DNA from: Botryllus schlosseri
Lineage: Eukaryota
Reading direction: 5' to 3'
NCBI GenBank assembly: GCA_051294905.1
Contig: CM119371.1
Span: 20,338,001-20,402,000 of the forward strand
Length of the DNA stretch: 64,000 nt
The notes under the pieces are model-generated. The model had not been told where the DNA came from and made no database searches. It saw nothing but the letters and a program-made list of their open reading frames with translations. Shown here piece after piece: positions 1 through 9,022 of this stretch. The stretch's first letter is position 1. Each line of letters opens with the position of its first letter. The position numbers and the translations under genes are program-made.

Positions 1-1293
1 GAAGAATGTAAAGCCCGTGTGCTGGCAAATGCCGAGCGTTGTCGTGACCCTGTCGGTGGATTAGAAATTAAATTAGCGCATTTTGATCACATTCATTACG
101 ATACGGAAAATGGAGCTTTGAGATTTCCTGGGCCACCGCTGATGATCAAGGGTCACGGTAGGAGTGAAATGCGTGGCATACAGTCTTCCAAACGTACTAA
201 ATCTCGAAAGAAAAGGTTCTTGTTTTTTGCATTAATAATGGTTTTTTCGTCAATTTTTACATTAACTGCCGCATCAACATTACAGAGTGAGTTTAATGCT
301 AGGACGAAAGATCTTACTGACCAGTTGAACACTAGGTTTACATTGTTAGAGAGTGATCTTAAGGAAGTGGCCGACAAAGTTAACCAACTCGCAGCGGTAA
401 CGGTGTCCCAGGGTCAAAATCTAAATCAAGTAATCATAGGAATGTTAGAACATGAGCGAACGCGCGACGCCCAACTTGAGGCCATTATTGCCCAAGTTCA
501 TGAAAACAAGAATATGATAATAGCTCAAGCAGACTTGTATTTTTCTACTATTCAAACTGTGCACTCTATGACGATCGCAGAAGTGGCTGTAAATGATTTG
601 ATTATTTCAAAGTTACAAAATAGCACGGGAAAAGCTATTTTTGATTCAACCAAAGCTTATTTAGTGCGAATTAAAAATGGACTAATACATTTGAAAGAGC
701 ATGGCCAATTGATAACCGCGTATCAGTTGGATTATCGGAATTTTTCTAATCATCAAGGTCAAATTTTAAAGGCGGCGCGTGAAAAATTGAATGACACCAT
801 GGCAGAGACTGAATATAGGGTTAAGGTTTACCAACAAGGGGTGAATAGCACCTTAGTTTTGAACACTACCGAGTTTAGCCACGATAACATAACCTTCATT
901 TCCTTGAACGGCTCGATAGGAAAAGAACTATTCCAAGATATAGGATATGGCATAAAAACTGTAGCTGAGGGCACCGGCCATGTGATTAGTGAAATTTTGC
1001 AAGATACGGGAACTCTAATTAAGACAGGTGTCGATGGAGTTGGAGATATGATTGGTACCGGGCTAGGATCTATTTTTGGGGGATTAGGAAAATTTCTAAT
1101 TCCGATTGGCATAGTATTGGGTGCATTAATAATAATTTATTGTCTGATAAAATTCTCCCCAGGTTGTAAAAGTCGAAAAACTACGATAGCTGAAAGGAAT
1201 AATCATACTGAAATGGCTACTTTTGTCACAACCGTTGTACCACGCCGAAATATCGTTAAAAAAGTAGTGCGGCGATCTGAGTATAATGTATAA
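1..1293 (+). CDS. env: Envelope/fusion glycoprotein, class I-like (probably 5'-partial)
   Basis: Frame is open from base 1. Furin-type site RKKR (205-216) is followed by a hydrophobic segment FLFFALIMVFSSIFTLTAAS, long heptad-like helices (LTDQLNTRFTLLESDLKEVADKVNQL...), N-glycosylation sequons (NST, NFS, NDT, NTT, NIT, NGS), a Gly-rich membrane-proximal region, a TM helix FLIPIGIVLGALIIIYCLI and a basic cytoplasmic tail. Confidence 0.75.
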   Translation, partial: EECKARVLANAERCRDPVGGLEIKLAHFDHIHYDTENGALRFPGPPLMIKGHGRSEMRGIQSSKRTKSRKKRFLFFALIMVFSSIFTLTAASTLQSEFNARTKDLTDQLNTRFTLLESDLKEVADKVNQLAAVTVSQGQNLNQVIIGMLEHERTRDAQLEAIIAQVHENKNMIIAQADLYFSTIQTVHSMTIAEVAVNDLIISKLQNSTGKAIFDSTKAYLVRIKNGLIHLKEHGQLITAYQLDYRNFSNHQGQILKAAREKLNDTMAETEYRVKVYQQGVNSTLVLNTTEFSHDNITFISLNGSIGKELFQDIGYGIKTVAEGTGHVISEILQDTGTLIKTGVDGVGDMIGTGLGSIFGGLGKFLIPIGIVLGALIIIYCLIKFSPGCKSRKTTIAERNNHTEMATFVTTVVPRRNIVKKVVRRSEYNV

Positions 1294-1371
1294 ATTTTGT
1301 GCGATCTTACTTATAGTTGCAAATATTTAGAAATAGACTTAACCTATACATATTGTATTGAGGATATCATT

Positions 1372-3513
1372 ATGAAGCCAAGTGTCTGTCTTAATTTCGG
1401 GATGTGTTTCGTAACATGTGCCCTGTTCGCGCGGGGTGAAAAAGATAATTGGACATTGGCTGACTTGAAGATTCAACCAATCACGAGGCTGAATTACGAC
1501 CTATGGATAAATACTACGACGCGGTTGTCGGAACGAATAGCTCTGCAAGATTTGTTCCAATTGCCGAAGCTTGAGGGATCCTTGAATTCAACAAAATGGG
1601 AATCAAGACGATATGGTATGATTTCATCGAAAAATCGTACAATTAGCGAAAATCTCCAACCCCGTGGTAAATACTGGACCGATCCTGTAGCGTTAGAGCA
1701 ACAATGTCTGTGTGTTCGATCATTGGCTTTGGTTAGGCCGAGTTTGCAATACAGTAATCTATTCAAAAATGTCACCTATCATAGGAAACCACAATCCGAT
1801 TTAAGACATATGTTAGTTTGGGCGGAAACACCTGATTCATTAAGGCGGAATAATAATTTAAATGTATATAATGGCGTTATGACAATTTATAAATTTCTGC
1901 TCATTAAGTTACTACAGCGGCATTTGGTTGTTCAGGCCTCTTGTGAAAACACTGATGAGAATGATTTGGCTGGATCCACAGATTTCCCGATGAATATATT
2001 AAGAGAGTGTATACGAAGGCGTTACCGAGTAACGGTGTGTATATCTTGTGCTTTTTCCGGTTATCAGCAAATATTAGAACCGATCCCTAGAGGTTTCTTA
2101 ATTCAAGAATTTGACGATACCTTGGATAAGTTTTTATCTCGTGATACCACTGAGACAAATAACTTAGAGAGTCGATACCAATGGGCCGCGTCGGAGAATT
2201 ATTGGCCTTTGAAAGGAACCCGACCGATATTTGATGAAAATATTCGCTGGATTAAAGCGACGGTGAGACACACTGGGCGGGTTTATCGTGATGGTGACAT
2301 TAGGTTGCAATCTGGTAAGTTACCAGTCTATTCGTCGTTTCCGTCTATGCTACATGGGGACGGGTTCTGTAGAAATAGGACTCGGATAGTTGAGTGTGGA
2401 AATGTGTTCGTTGGAGTGAGGGCTAAAATCGCATTGCGTAACCATGTGAGATACGATCCGGCCCACAATAAGTCGGTATTCGCTGATATGAATGATGGGA
2501 TAATATTAGGTCGCCCTATAGAAGGCAAGGTTAAACGATCCATGGAAGTGAATAATACCTTTTTGATATTACCACCGGATCATTTGGGATTAACTTTTCA
2601 ACAATACTTGGACAATATGACTAATCAATTACTTGTTGCTATTCAACAAAATCTCGATCAATTAGCTGGACCAATCAGCAAAACCGGATTGCTAATCGAT
2701 AATCAGAGGGGAAAAAATGTTTCGAATCTACAGATACATTCTTATAGTGAAATAGTAAGTGAATATGAACGGCGATCCCAAGACATAGCGAGGTTGAATG
2801 ATTGTTTTATACAAAAAATGATATTAAAATTGTTGGGAAAAATGGATAAGAGGTTTGCAAGTTGGTATATTTCTGGAATGTGGTATGCAGCGTCATGGGA
2901 CAATGCGAACCTTATAGTCACACCGGTGGGTTATTATTCTCGCGATTTTGAACCAGCAACAATGTTAGAGCGAGTTATAAGAACTGGCGAAAAGTTGCCG
3001 GAATTGGGTGGTAATGGATCACGTGAAATGATACTAACTAGAACAACAGTTCGACCTACTATGAATTCTCAGGAGGCCACCAGAATAACTACAAGTATTG
3101 ACATTGGACTTCACGACCCTAGAACAACGGACATTTCTCTGGACACTGCAGAACCCGAGAACTCGCTGGAAACCGAAGTTGCCTTTCGGACTGACCTGGA
3201 TCCCAAAATAACATTAAAGCAGAGGTTGGAGAATTTATCGCGCGATGAACAAAATTATACGCGTAAAGGTTATAATGCACCGATATTGACCTTTAAAAAG
3301 ATTATGACATTGCTCGTCACTACAGAACCTGGAATAATTGCCGTAGTGGTAGGATTATTGGTGATATCGGGAATAATTATTGGCTATATTAATTACCGAT
3401 GCGTGAAAAAACAAGTAAAATACCGAATTGCCAAACGAAATAGAGATCATTGGATTACTATGATGCCAAGAAATGAGGATTTAGAGGATAATGATAATCC
3501 GTGGTACGACTAG
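1372..3513 (+). CDS. Second type I membrane glycoprotein (~713 aa), possibly class III fusogen-like (GP64/gB-like)
   Basis: First ATG at 1372 gives a signal-peptide-like MKPSVCLNFGMCFVTCALFARG. More than 10 N-x-S/T sequons, several Cys, C-terminal TM GIIAVVVGLLVISGIIIGYI and a basic tail. Segment RLNDCFIQKMILKLLGKMDKRF...NLIVTP loosely recalls the GP64/gB central-helix region (by eye). Confidence 0.7.
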   Translation: MKPSVCLNFGMCFVTCALFARGEKDNWTLADLKIQPITRLNYDLWINTTTRLSERIALQDLFQLPKLEGSLNSTKWESRRYGMISSKNRTISENLQPRGKYWTDPVALEQQCLCVRSLALVRPSLQYSNLFKNVTYHRKPQSDLRHMLVWAETPDSLRRNNNLNVYNGVMTIYKFLLIKLLQRHLVVQASCENTDENDLAGSTDFPMNILRECIRRRYRVTVCISCAFSGYQQILEPIPRGFLIQEFDDTLDKFLSRDTTETNNLESRYQWAASENYWPLKGTRPIFDENIRWIKATVRHTGRVYRDGDIRLQSGKLPVYSSFPSMLHGDGFCRNRTRIVECGNVFVGVRAKIALRNHVRYDPAHNKSVFADMNDGIILGRPIEGKVKRSMEVNNTFLILPPDHLGLTFQQYLDNMTNQLLVAIQQNLDQLAGPISKTGLLIDNQRGKNVSNLQIHSYSEIVSEYERRSQDIARLNDCFIQKMILKLLGKMDKRFASWYISGMWYAASWDNANLIVTPVGYYSRDFEPATMLERVIRTGEKLPELGGNGSREMILTRTTVRPTMNSQEATRITTSIDIGLHDPRTTDISLDTAEPENSLETEVAFRTDLDPKITLKQRLENLSRDEQNYTRKGYNAPILTFKKIMTLLVTTEPGIIAVVVGLLVISGIIIGYINYRCVKKQVKYRIAKRNRDHWITMMPRNEDLEDNDNPWYD

Positions 3514-4196
3514 TAAGGTTTTAAATTCAACAACAAGGAAAATAATTTCAATCAATATTGTGTAACTAGAGAAATCAGAATGTGAGAATATTGGATGTCA
3601 TATTTAATTGTGTAGGGTTAGCCTGTAAATTTAGTTCGTTGATTTTAAAATTCGTTGCTGTCTTGCACAATGACCATATGGTCGTTTTGATGGACGGAAA
3701 TGACCGGATATGGGTAGCATGAATAAGATATTCCAGGAAAATTTATGACGTTAGTTGATCACGACAATCGTTGAATCGGGCTCGATTATTAGATTAGGAG
3801 AGGGTTTAAAAAAACCGGAATCGGGTCATCATATTTTAACGGATATGGGCAAGCTGGGGTTTACGGATACCATATGTTGGGGTCTAACGTTGAATTGGTG
3901 GCACTCTGACGTATAAGTTTCCGATCTTAACTATCCTATGATGCTCGTTTCTTTTGGGCAAGGCGTGAGGCCTATTTCCGGTTGCCACTAGAAGAGAAAA
4001 TGATATATAGGATACATCGAAATATGGTTTAAGTCAAATAGATCGTGAGGGTCACGAGTGAAGGTTAGCGTAGTTAGGGTGATTGGGAATTTAAGAATAA
4101 ATGACCAATAACTATTAATGCTTATATCTGATTGTAGTGGCAGAGGAATTGCGAGAAATTAATTAATAGTTCTTAGTCGAGGCGGATCGGTTTAAG

Positions 4197-4883
4197 ATGG
4201 AAGGAATGAATTTGGAAATGATGAATGTTTATAGGAATCTACATGGGAATTGCCTTGCGCAATGTGGCTGCCTGGGATATTGTCCTCAGTTTTTCTGTAC
4301 CGAAGCCAAATTAACGTCGGCGCAGATAACCTGTCAATGGCAAACAATATTAAATAGTCGAGCATACCTTCAGATAAAAAATAAGAGTACGAGAATGAAA
4401 GATTATCTTCACTATTTTATATCAAAAAATTCAGATTTCACGAAACCACTTTTTGGCACTGATTACAGAGTGGAACGATGGTCTAGGAAATATAATGTGG
4501 CGCATTTCGTGGGATGTGAACTAGATCCGTTTAAGAATACGGGACTTTCGGACGAAATGTGGGAGGAGATCTATTGTATTCCATATTTGGGCAATGATTT
4601 GTGGATTACACGCATAATTGGAATATGTGCGAAAATGTTCCATAAATGTTTTAGGGAGCTTCTGCGTAGCATTTTCCCTGCCATGCCAAATCCAGAAGAG
4701 GGAATTAAAGATTTTATAATTTGGGTTTTGTACCCGGAAGCGATAATATTTGGACTGTCTAGTAATGAGGAGGGTGTTTTGGAGGAGAAAAGCATGTTAA
4801 TTTCGGAAACACATTATTTGGCTTGTCGTGATAAGAAGGCATTTAGTCTGAGGAGTTACTGTGATCGCTTTACCGGATTGTAA
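4197..4883 (+). CDS. Accessory protein 1, PWWP3A/MUM1 C-terminal-domain-like
   Basis: 228-aa intact ORF. Motif IKDFIIWVLYPEAIIFGLS...SETHYL (PEAII at 4734) is shared with the next two ORFs. Confidence 0.65.
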   Translation: MEGMNLEMMNVYRNLHGNCLAQCGCLGYCPQFFCTEAKLTSAQITCQWQTILNSRAYLQIKNKSTRMKDYLHYFISKNSDFTKPLFGTDYRVERWSRKYNVAHFVGCELDPFKNTGLSDEMWEEIYCIPYLGNDLWITRIIGICAKMFHKCFRELLRSIFPAMPNPEEGIKDFIIWVLYPEAIIFGLSSNEEGVLEEKSMLISETHYLACRDKKAFSLRSYCDRFTGL

Positions 4884-5039
4884 GATGATTGAAATTGAGA
4901 CCGTGATATCATGATAAGATGATGGTGTTGATCCTTGGTGTAACAAACAAAACAGAGAACTTGATATTAATAAATTGTGGTTTCCGTTAAGACGATATTA
5001 AAGTAATTTTGATATAAATAATAGGCTTCCTTACCAGCG

Positions 5040-5954
5040 ATGTGCGGCAATGGAATCTATTGTAATGAAGTCCACAGTACCAATTTTAGAAGAGAAAACG
5101 TGTTTTCAGTAATATGTGAGTGTGAAATGGTGGCAATCTTTATTGAAAGAAATACCACTGTAGATTGGGTAGCCACCATTTTGAGTCAAAACCAGCATTT
5201 GGGTATGAAGCATTTCAATAATCATCCAGGTCACCCCAATATTGACGCGTGGATACAGCGATATCGTAGAGAATATTTTCACTATTCAGACCAGCGGGAC
5301 CGTGTGTATACCGTTTTGGACGTAGCTTTGAGCTCCTATTTACGAAGTACCAATCAAGCTATGATCCCCAAAAGAAAGACAAAATTGATTCGCGGAGTTT
5401 TGGTCCCAGAGAAGGTTATATCGGCCATATCTGTCATAGACCGTGTTACATTGGCTAGCGCGGAATATAAATATTTGACATCGAACCTAGTCATTTTAGA
5501 AATTGCCTCCGAGCTTCTATGCGCCAATGATAATCACGCGGGTAGGAACTCGCAGGCCGAAATTGAGGGAGACGAAAGTAATGTATGGTCGGTAACTGAG
5601 GAGTCTATGGAAGCTACCACGACAGGAACAGCTGATGAGAGGGAACTTTATCTTCATCCAATAAAAAGGGAGGAATCGCCGTTAGTGGTCGGAGGCTCAG
5701 AATGTGAAGAGGACAACATGGATATCACAATTACACGCGTGGTGTCCCTTGCTCACCAACAGGAAGTCCGGGGGAAAAGGCGCGGATCTCGTCGAAGGCG
5801 ATTTTGGTGGAATCATGAACGGAATGTTGGACAACACCGTAGTCATGATCGATGTGCTCGGACCAGTCGATACGACGTCAGTCAGAACAGGTCGGAATTA
5901 GAGTTTGGGGAAGCGGGAAGTAGTAAATCGAGAATGGGATACTACCCTTATTGA
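5040..5954 (+). CDS. Accessory protein 2, PWWP3A/MUM1 C-terminal-domain-like, with acidic and Arg-rich (NLS-like) tail
   Basis: 304-aa ORF. YFHYSDQRDRVYTVL...KLIRGVLVPEKVISAISVIDRVTLASAEYKYL; tail has RGKRRGSRRRR. A pyrimidine tract plus CAG (cttccttaccag, ending 5037) lies just before the ATG. Confidence 0.7.
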   Translation: MCGNGIYCNEVHSTNFRRENVFSVICECEMVAIFIERNTTVDWVATILSQNQHLGMKHFNNHPGHPNIDAWIQRYRREYFHYSDQRDRVYTVLDVALSSYLRSTNQAMIPKRKTKLIRGVLVPEKVISAISVIDRVTLASAEYKYLTSNLVILEIASELLCANDNHAGRNSQAEIEGDESNVWSVTEESMEATTTGTADERELYLHPIKREESPLVVGGSECEEDNMDITITRVVSLAHQQEVRGKRRGSRRRRFWWNHERNVGQHRSHDRCARTSRYDVSQNRSELEFGEAGSSKSRMGYYPY

Positions 5955-6875
5955 AAAGTAGTTTTGACGTTAATGGCCGTAAGAACAGTCAGCCAAATGT
6001 ATGGTTTGGTGACAGACATGGAGTAGGCGTTGTATCATTGGAAATTTCATTTAGAGGTGTTTATTATATTAGAAGTGAAGTACGGATTTATTTTATTAGA
6101 TGTGGGTGGTGATTTAAGCATAATTACGAGATATGTAATTCTTTATATTATTTTAGATGTGTAATTTTACGAAAGGCGTTTAACCGATCCTTGCGCGGTT
6201 AAGGGTATTTCCTAATATTATTGATGGATGATATAGTATAATTAAATTTAATATTATTATGGTGGGCTTGACAATAGTGTTTCGAGTAATTTCAAAAAGA
6301 ATAGATGTAGGCTACCTTTTCCAAAGGTCATAGTGGAGCAGTAATAAGCAATTGAATATTACGAGAAATTATGTAATGGTTTAATGCGTAAGGCAGGAGT
6401 GGTTATATGATTGAAAGACTATGACATGGTTCGTATCGACGGCTTTGTAAATATTGTGAAATTAAAGTCGTATATGAGGATTATACCGGAAGGAATAAGG
6501 AAGTTATTAGATGATGGATAGAGGGATTTAAACTTATGGCCCTATGGCGTAGTTATCTAATTCATTAAATACTGTGTAAAATCTTAATAATCGAACGGCC
6601 CTAACAGTAGATAGTATGTCATGTAATTTACACGAAATGAGGTCATAAAATTGGAATTTTGTGAGTTATTACCCTTCAAAACAATGCCCGGCTGATCCAT
6701 ATGAAGCCATGTAATTGTGACCCTGACCCTTCATTAGTGTTTAGAACTGGACCTAGAACGTCAAAAATACTCATTTGTAATAGGCTCATGTGGTTATGTG
6801 TGATGTATAAATATTGTTTTAATTGAAATTTTATGGTTATGTATGATGTGATACAGTTTATGATATATTGGTTTA

Positions 6876-7466
6876 ATGCTCACGTGTAAGATACATTTAC
6901 CAGTTAATGTTGTTAAAGCATGCGCCATGTGCAAAGCGTTGTATTGCGAGTTTTCACGAACTGTTCATGCGGCTTGGTCTCCGACTGAAGAAGAATTTAT
7001 GGAGCAGGCCAAGAAAGAAATAGAATTTTTGACATCATCAGCCGAACCGCTGGTACACTTATGCGAAGTCCTTACCAACCAACTCCATCCCAGAGTAATG
7101 TGCGTCCTTGGAGACTTATGGGAGATATATTTCGACGATTATGAAGGTTTTTCATTGAAATACGTCCCTGAATATTATTGTTTCCATGGGTTGAAAGACG
7201 AAATCGGCAAATTTCTTGCGCACGTGGTGGACTGGATGTGCATAATCGACCCAGAAATCCCGCAACTGTGGCATGGTGATGAACAATTAAAAATCAAAGT
7301 GATTTATGATCTACTGTTGCCAGAAGCTATCATATTTTGCCATTCAAAATGTATGGGAATATCATTGGCTGATGCGGAAAACCATTATCTTAGAGATGGA
7401 AAGAATCAGTTGATTGCGGGTGGATGGAAGACTGCGAAGGGTAAACTGAATGATCCAGCCAGGTGA
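6876..7466 (+). CDS. Accessory protein 3, PWWP3A/MUM1 C-terminal-domain-like
   Basis: 196-aa ORF. KIKVIYDLLLPEAIIFCHSKCMGISLADAENHYL (PEAII at 7320); N-terminal CxxC...C. Confidence 0.65.
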   Translation: MLTCKIHLPVNVVKACAMCKALYCEFSRTVHAAWSPTEEEFMEQAKKEIEFLTSSAEPLVHLCEVLTNQLHPRVMCVLGDLWEIYFDDYEGFSLKYVPEYYCFHGLKDEIGKFLAHVVDWMCIIDPEIPQLWHGDEQLKIKVIYDLLLPEAIIFCHSKCMGISLADAENHYLRDGKNQLIAGGWKTAKGKLNDPAR

Positions 7467-8252
7467 GCTACGGGTTATTCGATGAAAGACAAAAAAGAGA
7501 CTGAATTATTGTATTATGTTCGGCATCAGGCGTTGTCTCAACCCGAAATGATTGGACAATATTGTTGATGAGTGGGTGCTCGCATGAGCATATGGCGTGC
7601 TTTAACATTTTATGTAATCGATTTAATTAGATTGTCCGATGGAGAGTGCTGATAATAAGTTTGAATTATTGGAGTGGTATAGTTAGATTTTATGTATATC
7701 AAGGAATTTGTTAGAGAGTGCTTATGGGCGGAAATTTTCAATATTGCTTTTGAAATATGTGTTTGTATTATGTTCTTGGAGATATTCCGTATGCATATAT
7801 ATTTGCGTATTGATTTAAATGAGAGTCGCGGATTGTTTATATATAATGGTATAGGACGTAATGGTAGCGTAATTCATATATGTACTTATCTTATCAGGTT
7901 GAAACAGAGGTTATAATTAACGATAAAAGGTTATAACGTTTTGTATTGTGGGTAGAATGACCCTAGAAGGTTGAATCATTTAGATATTTAGTGTACGGGA
8001 TGCTAAATATAGATGTTTTGCTTTCTAGTCCCCAAAAAATGGTGAATAAAATCACGCCCAACCCTATTTAGGTTACATGATTGTGTAGATATGTGGAGTA
8101 ATTATTTCATTTTTTTTTGGATCAATGTATATTGAAAATTGTGTGATTTTGTGTGAATTATTTAGTATGCGTTGTAACTAGTCCACGCCCCAGCGACTAG
8201 AACCCCTACACTTGAGTGAGGCTGGACGGTGATAAAACCAAGACAAGTTGCT

Positions 8253-8260
8253 GGGGAGAA
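8253..8260 (+). promoter_or_regulatory. Polypurine tract (plus-strand priming site)
   Basis: GGGGAGAA followed by C and then TGT (8262), a typical gypsy PPT/LTR junction. Confidence 0.55.
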
Positions 8261-8261
8261 C

Positions 8262-8774
8262 TGTCATAAAATTAGATAAGTAACACCCTAGTATACTCGA
8301 GATTATACAAATACACAAAAACCTTGATCAGCCTTAAACGATAAAATGAAGATGTAACAAGCCCTTCACCAGAATGCTTTGGCCCTAGGTCAATTATGAA
8401 TACATGAAATAGACTATAGGATATGTGGAGATGCTATTGAAATATGGTCTTGATCGCATATGTGTTGAATTGCATGATTTTAGAAGACTAAGTAACAGTT
8501 GGATGCATTTTACGAATGATTGTTGCTATGGTAACATTGCTACTTGAATGTAAAGTCTAATATTGGAGTATTTGGTTGTATTAAGGTACCAAGGTCAAGT
8601 GCGTACAAATATGTTAGCTAAGACTGGACCCTAAGGTCATTGAAAGTTCAAGACACTTCGAAGGCTGCGCCACCTGCAACAGTGATTCACCAAAATTGGA
8701 TTACAAGCAAAAGAACCAGGCAAACACAATATCTTCCTACTAACAAGATTGGAGGCAAGATATTTCTACAAACA
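8262..8774 (+). repeat. Putative single LTR (~513 bp), TGT...ACA
   Basis: Starts TGTCATAAA directly after the PPT and ends TACAAACA two bases before the PBS. Inferred from boundary signals only, as there is no second copy in the window. Confidence 0.55.
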
Positions 8775-8776
8775 TT

Positions 8777-8786
8777 TGGAGGCACC
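8777..8786 (+). promoter_or_regulatory. Primer binding site, tRNA-Thr type
   Basis: CA-TT-TGGAGGCACC is complementary to the 3' end (...GGTGCCTCCA) of eukaryotic tRNA-Thr(AGT) as recalled. It lies ~240 bp upstream of gag. Confidence 0.7.
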
Positions 8787-8833
8787 CTGAGGAATTGTAT
8801 TTCAAGGCGCCTGGTAATCATTGTTCTTGCTGG

Positions 8834-8998
8834 ATGATTTCGTCTTCAGAGGCTACTGGACGGCCACGATCAAGCAGCCGGATCGCAATTTTTATTAGCG
8901 TTTGCAGTATAATAGCGTTCTCGGTCGCTTGCTACGTCATAAAGTCATTGGACCATGCGCAATTCATAATGACGGCGAATGTGTCAAATATTCAGTAA
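8834..8998 (+). CDS. Leader uORF, 54-aa putative single-pass membrane peptide
   Basis: ATG at 8834. Basic residues, then the hydrophobic stretch IAIFISVCSIIAFSVACYVI, then an NVS sequon. Lies between PBS and gag. Confidence 0.3.
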   Translation: MISSSEATGRPRSSSRIAIFISVCSIIAFSVACYVIKSLDHAQFIMTANVSNIQ

Positions 8999-9022
8999 AT
9001 AGGGGGTGATTCTAAAGCAATT

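Noticed and set aside
7692..7916. 74-aa hydrophobic ORF as a fourth accessory gene
   Set aside because: Short, in T-rich sequence that yields hydrophobic codons by chance, and has no motif support.
8750..8757. Alternative PBS TGGAGGCA
   Set aside because: Shorter tRNA match and not preceded by a CA LTR end; 8777 fits better.
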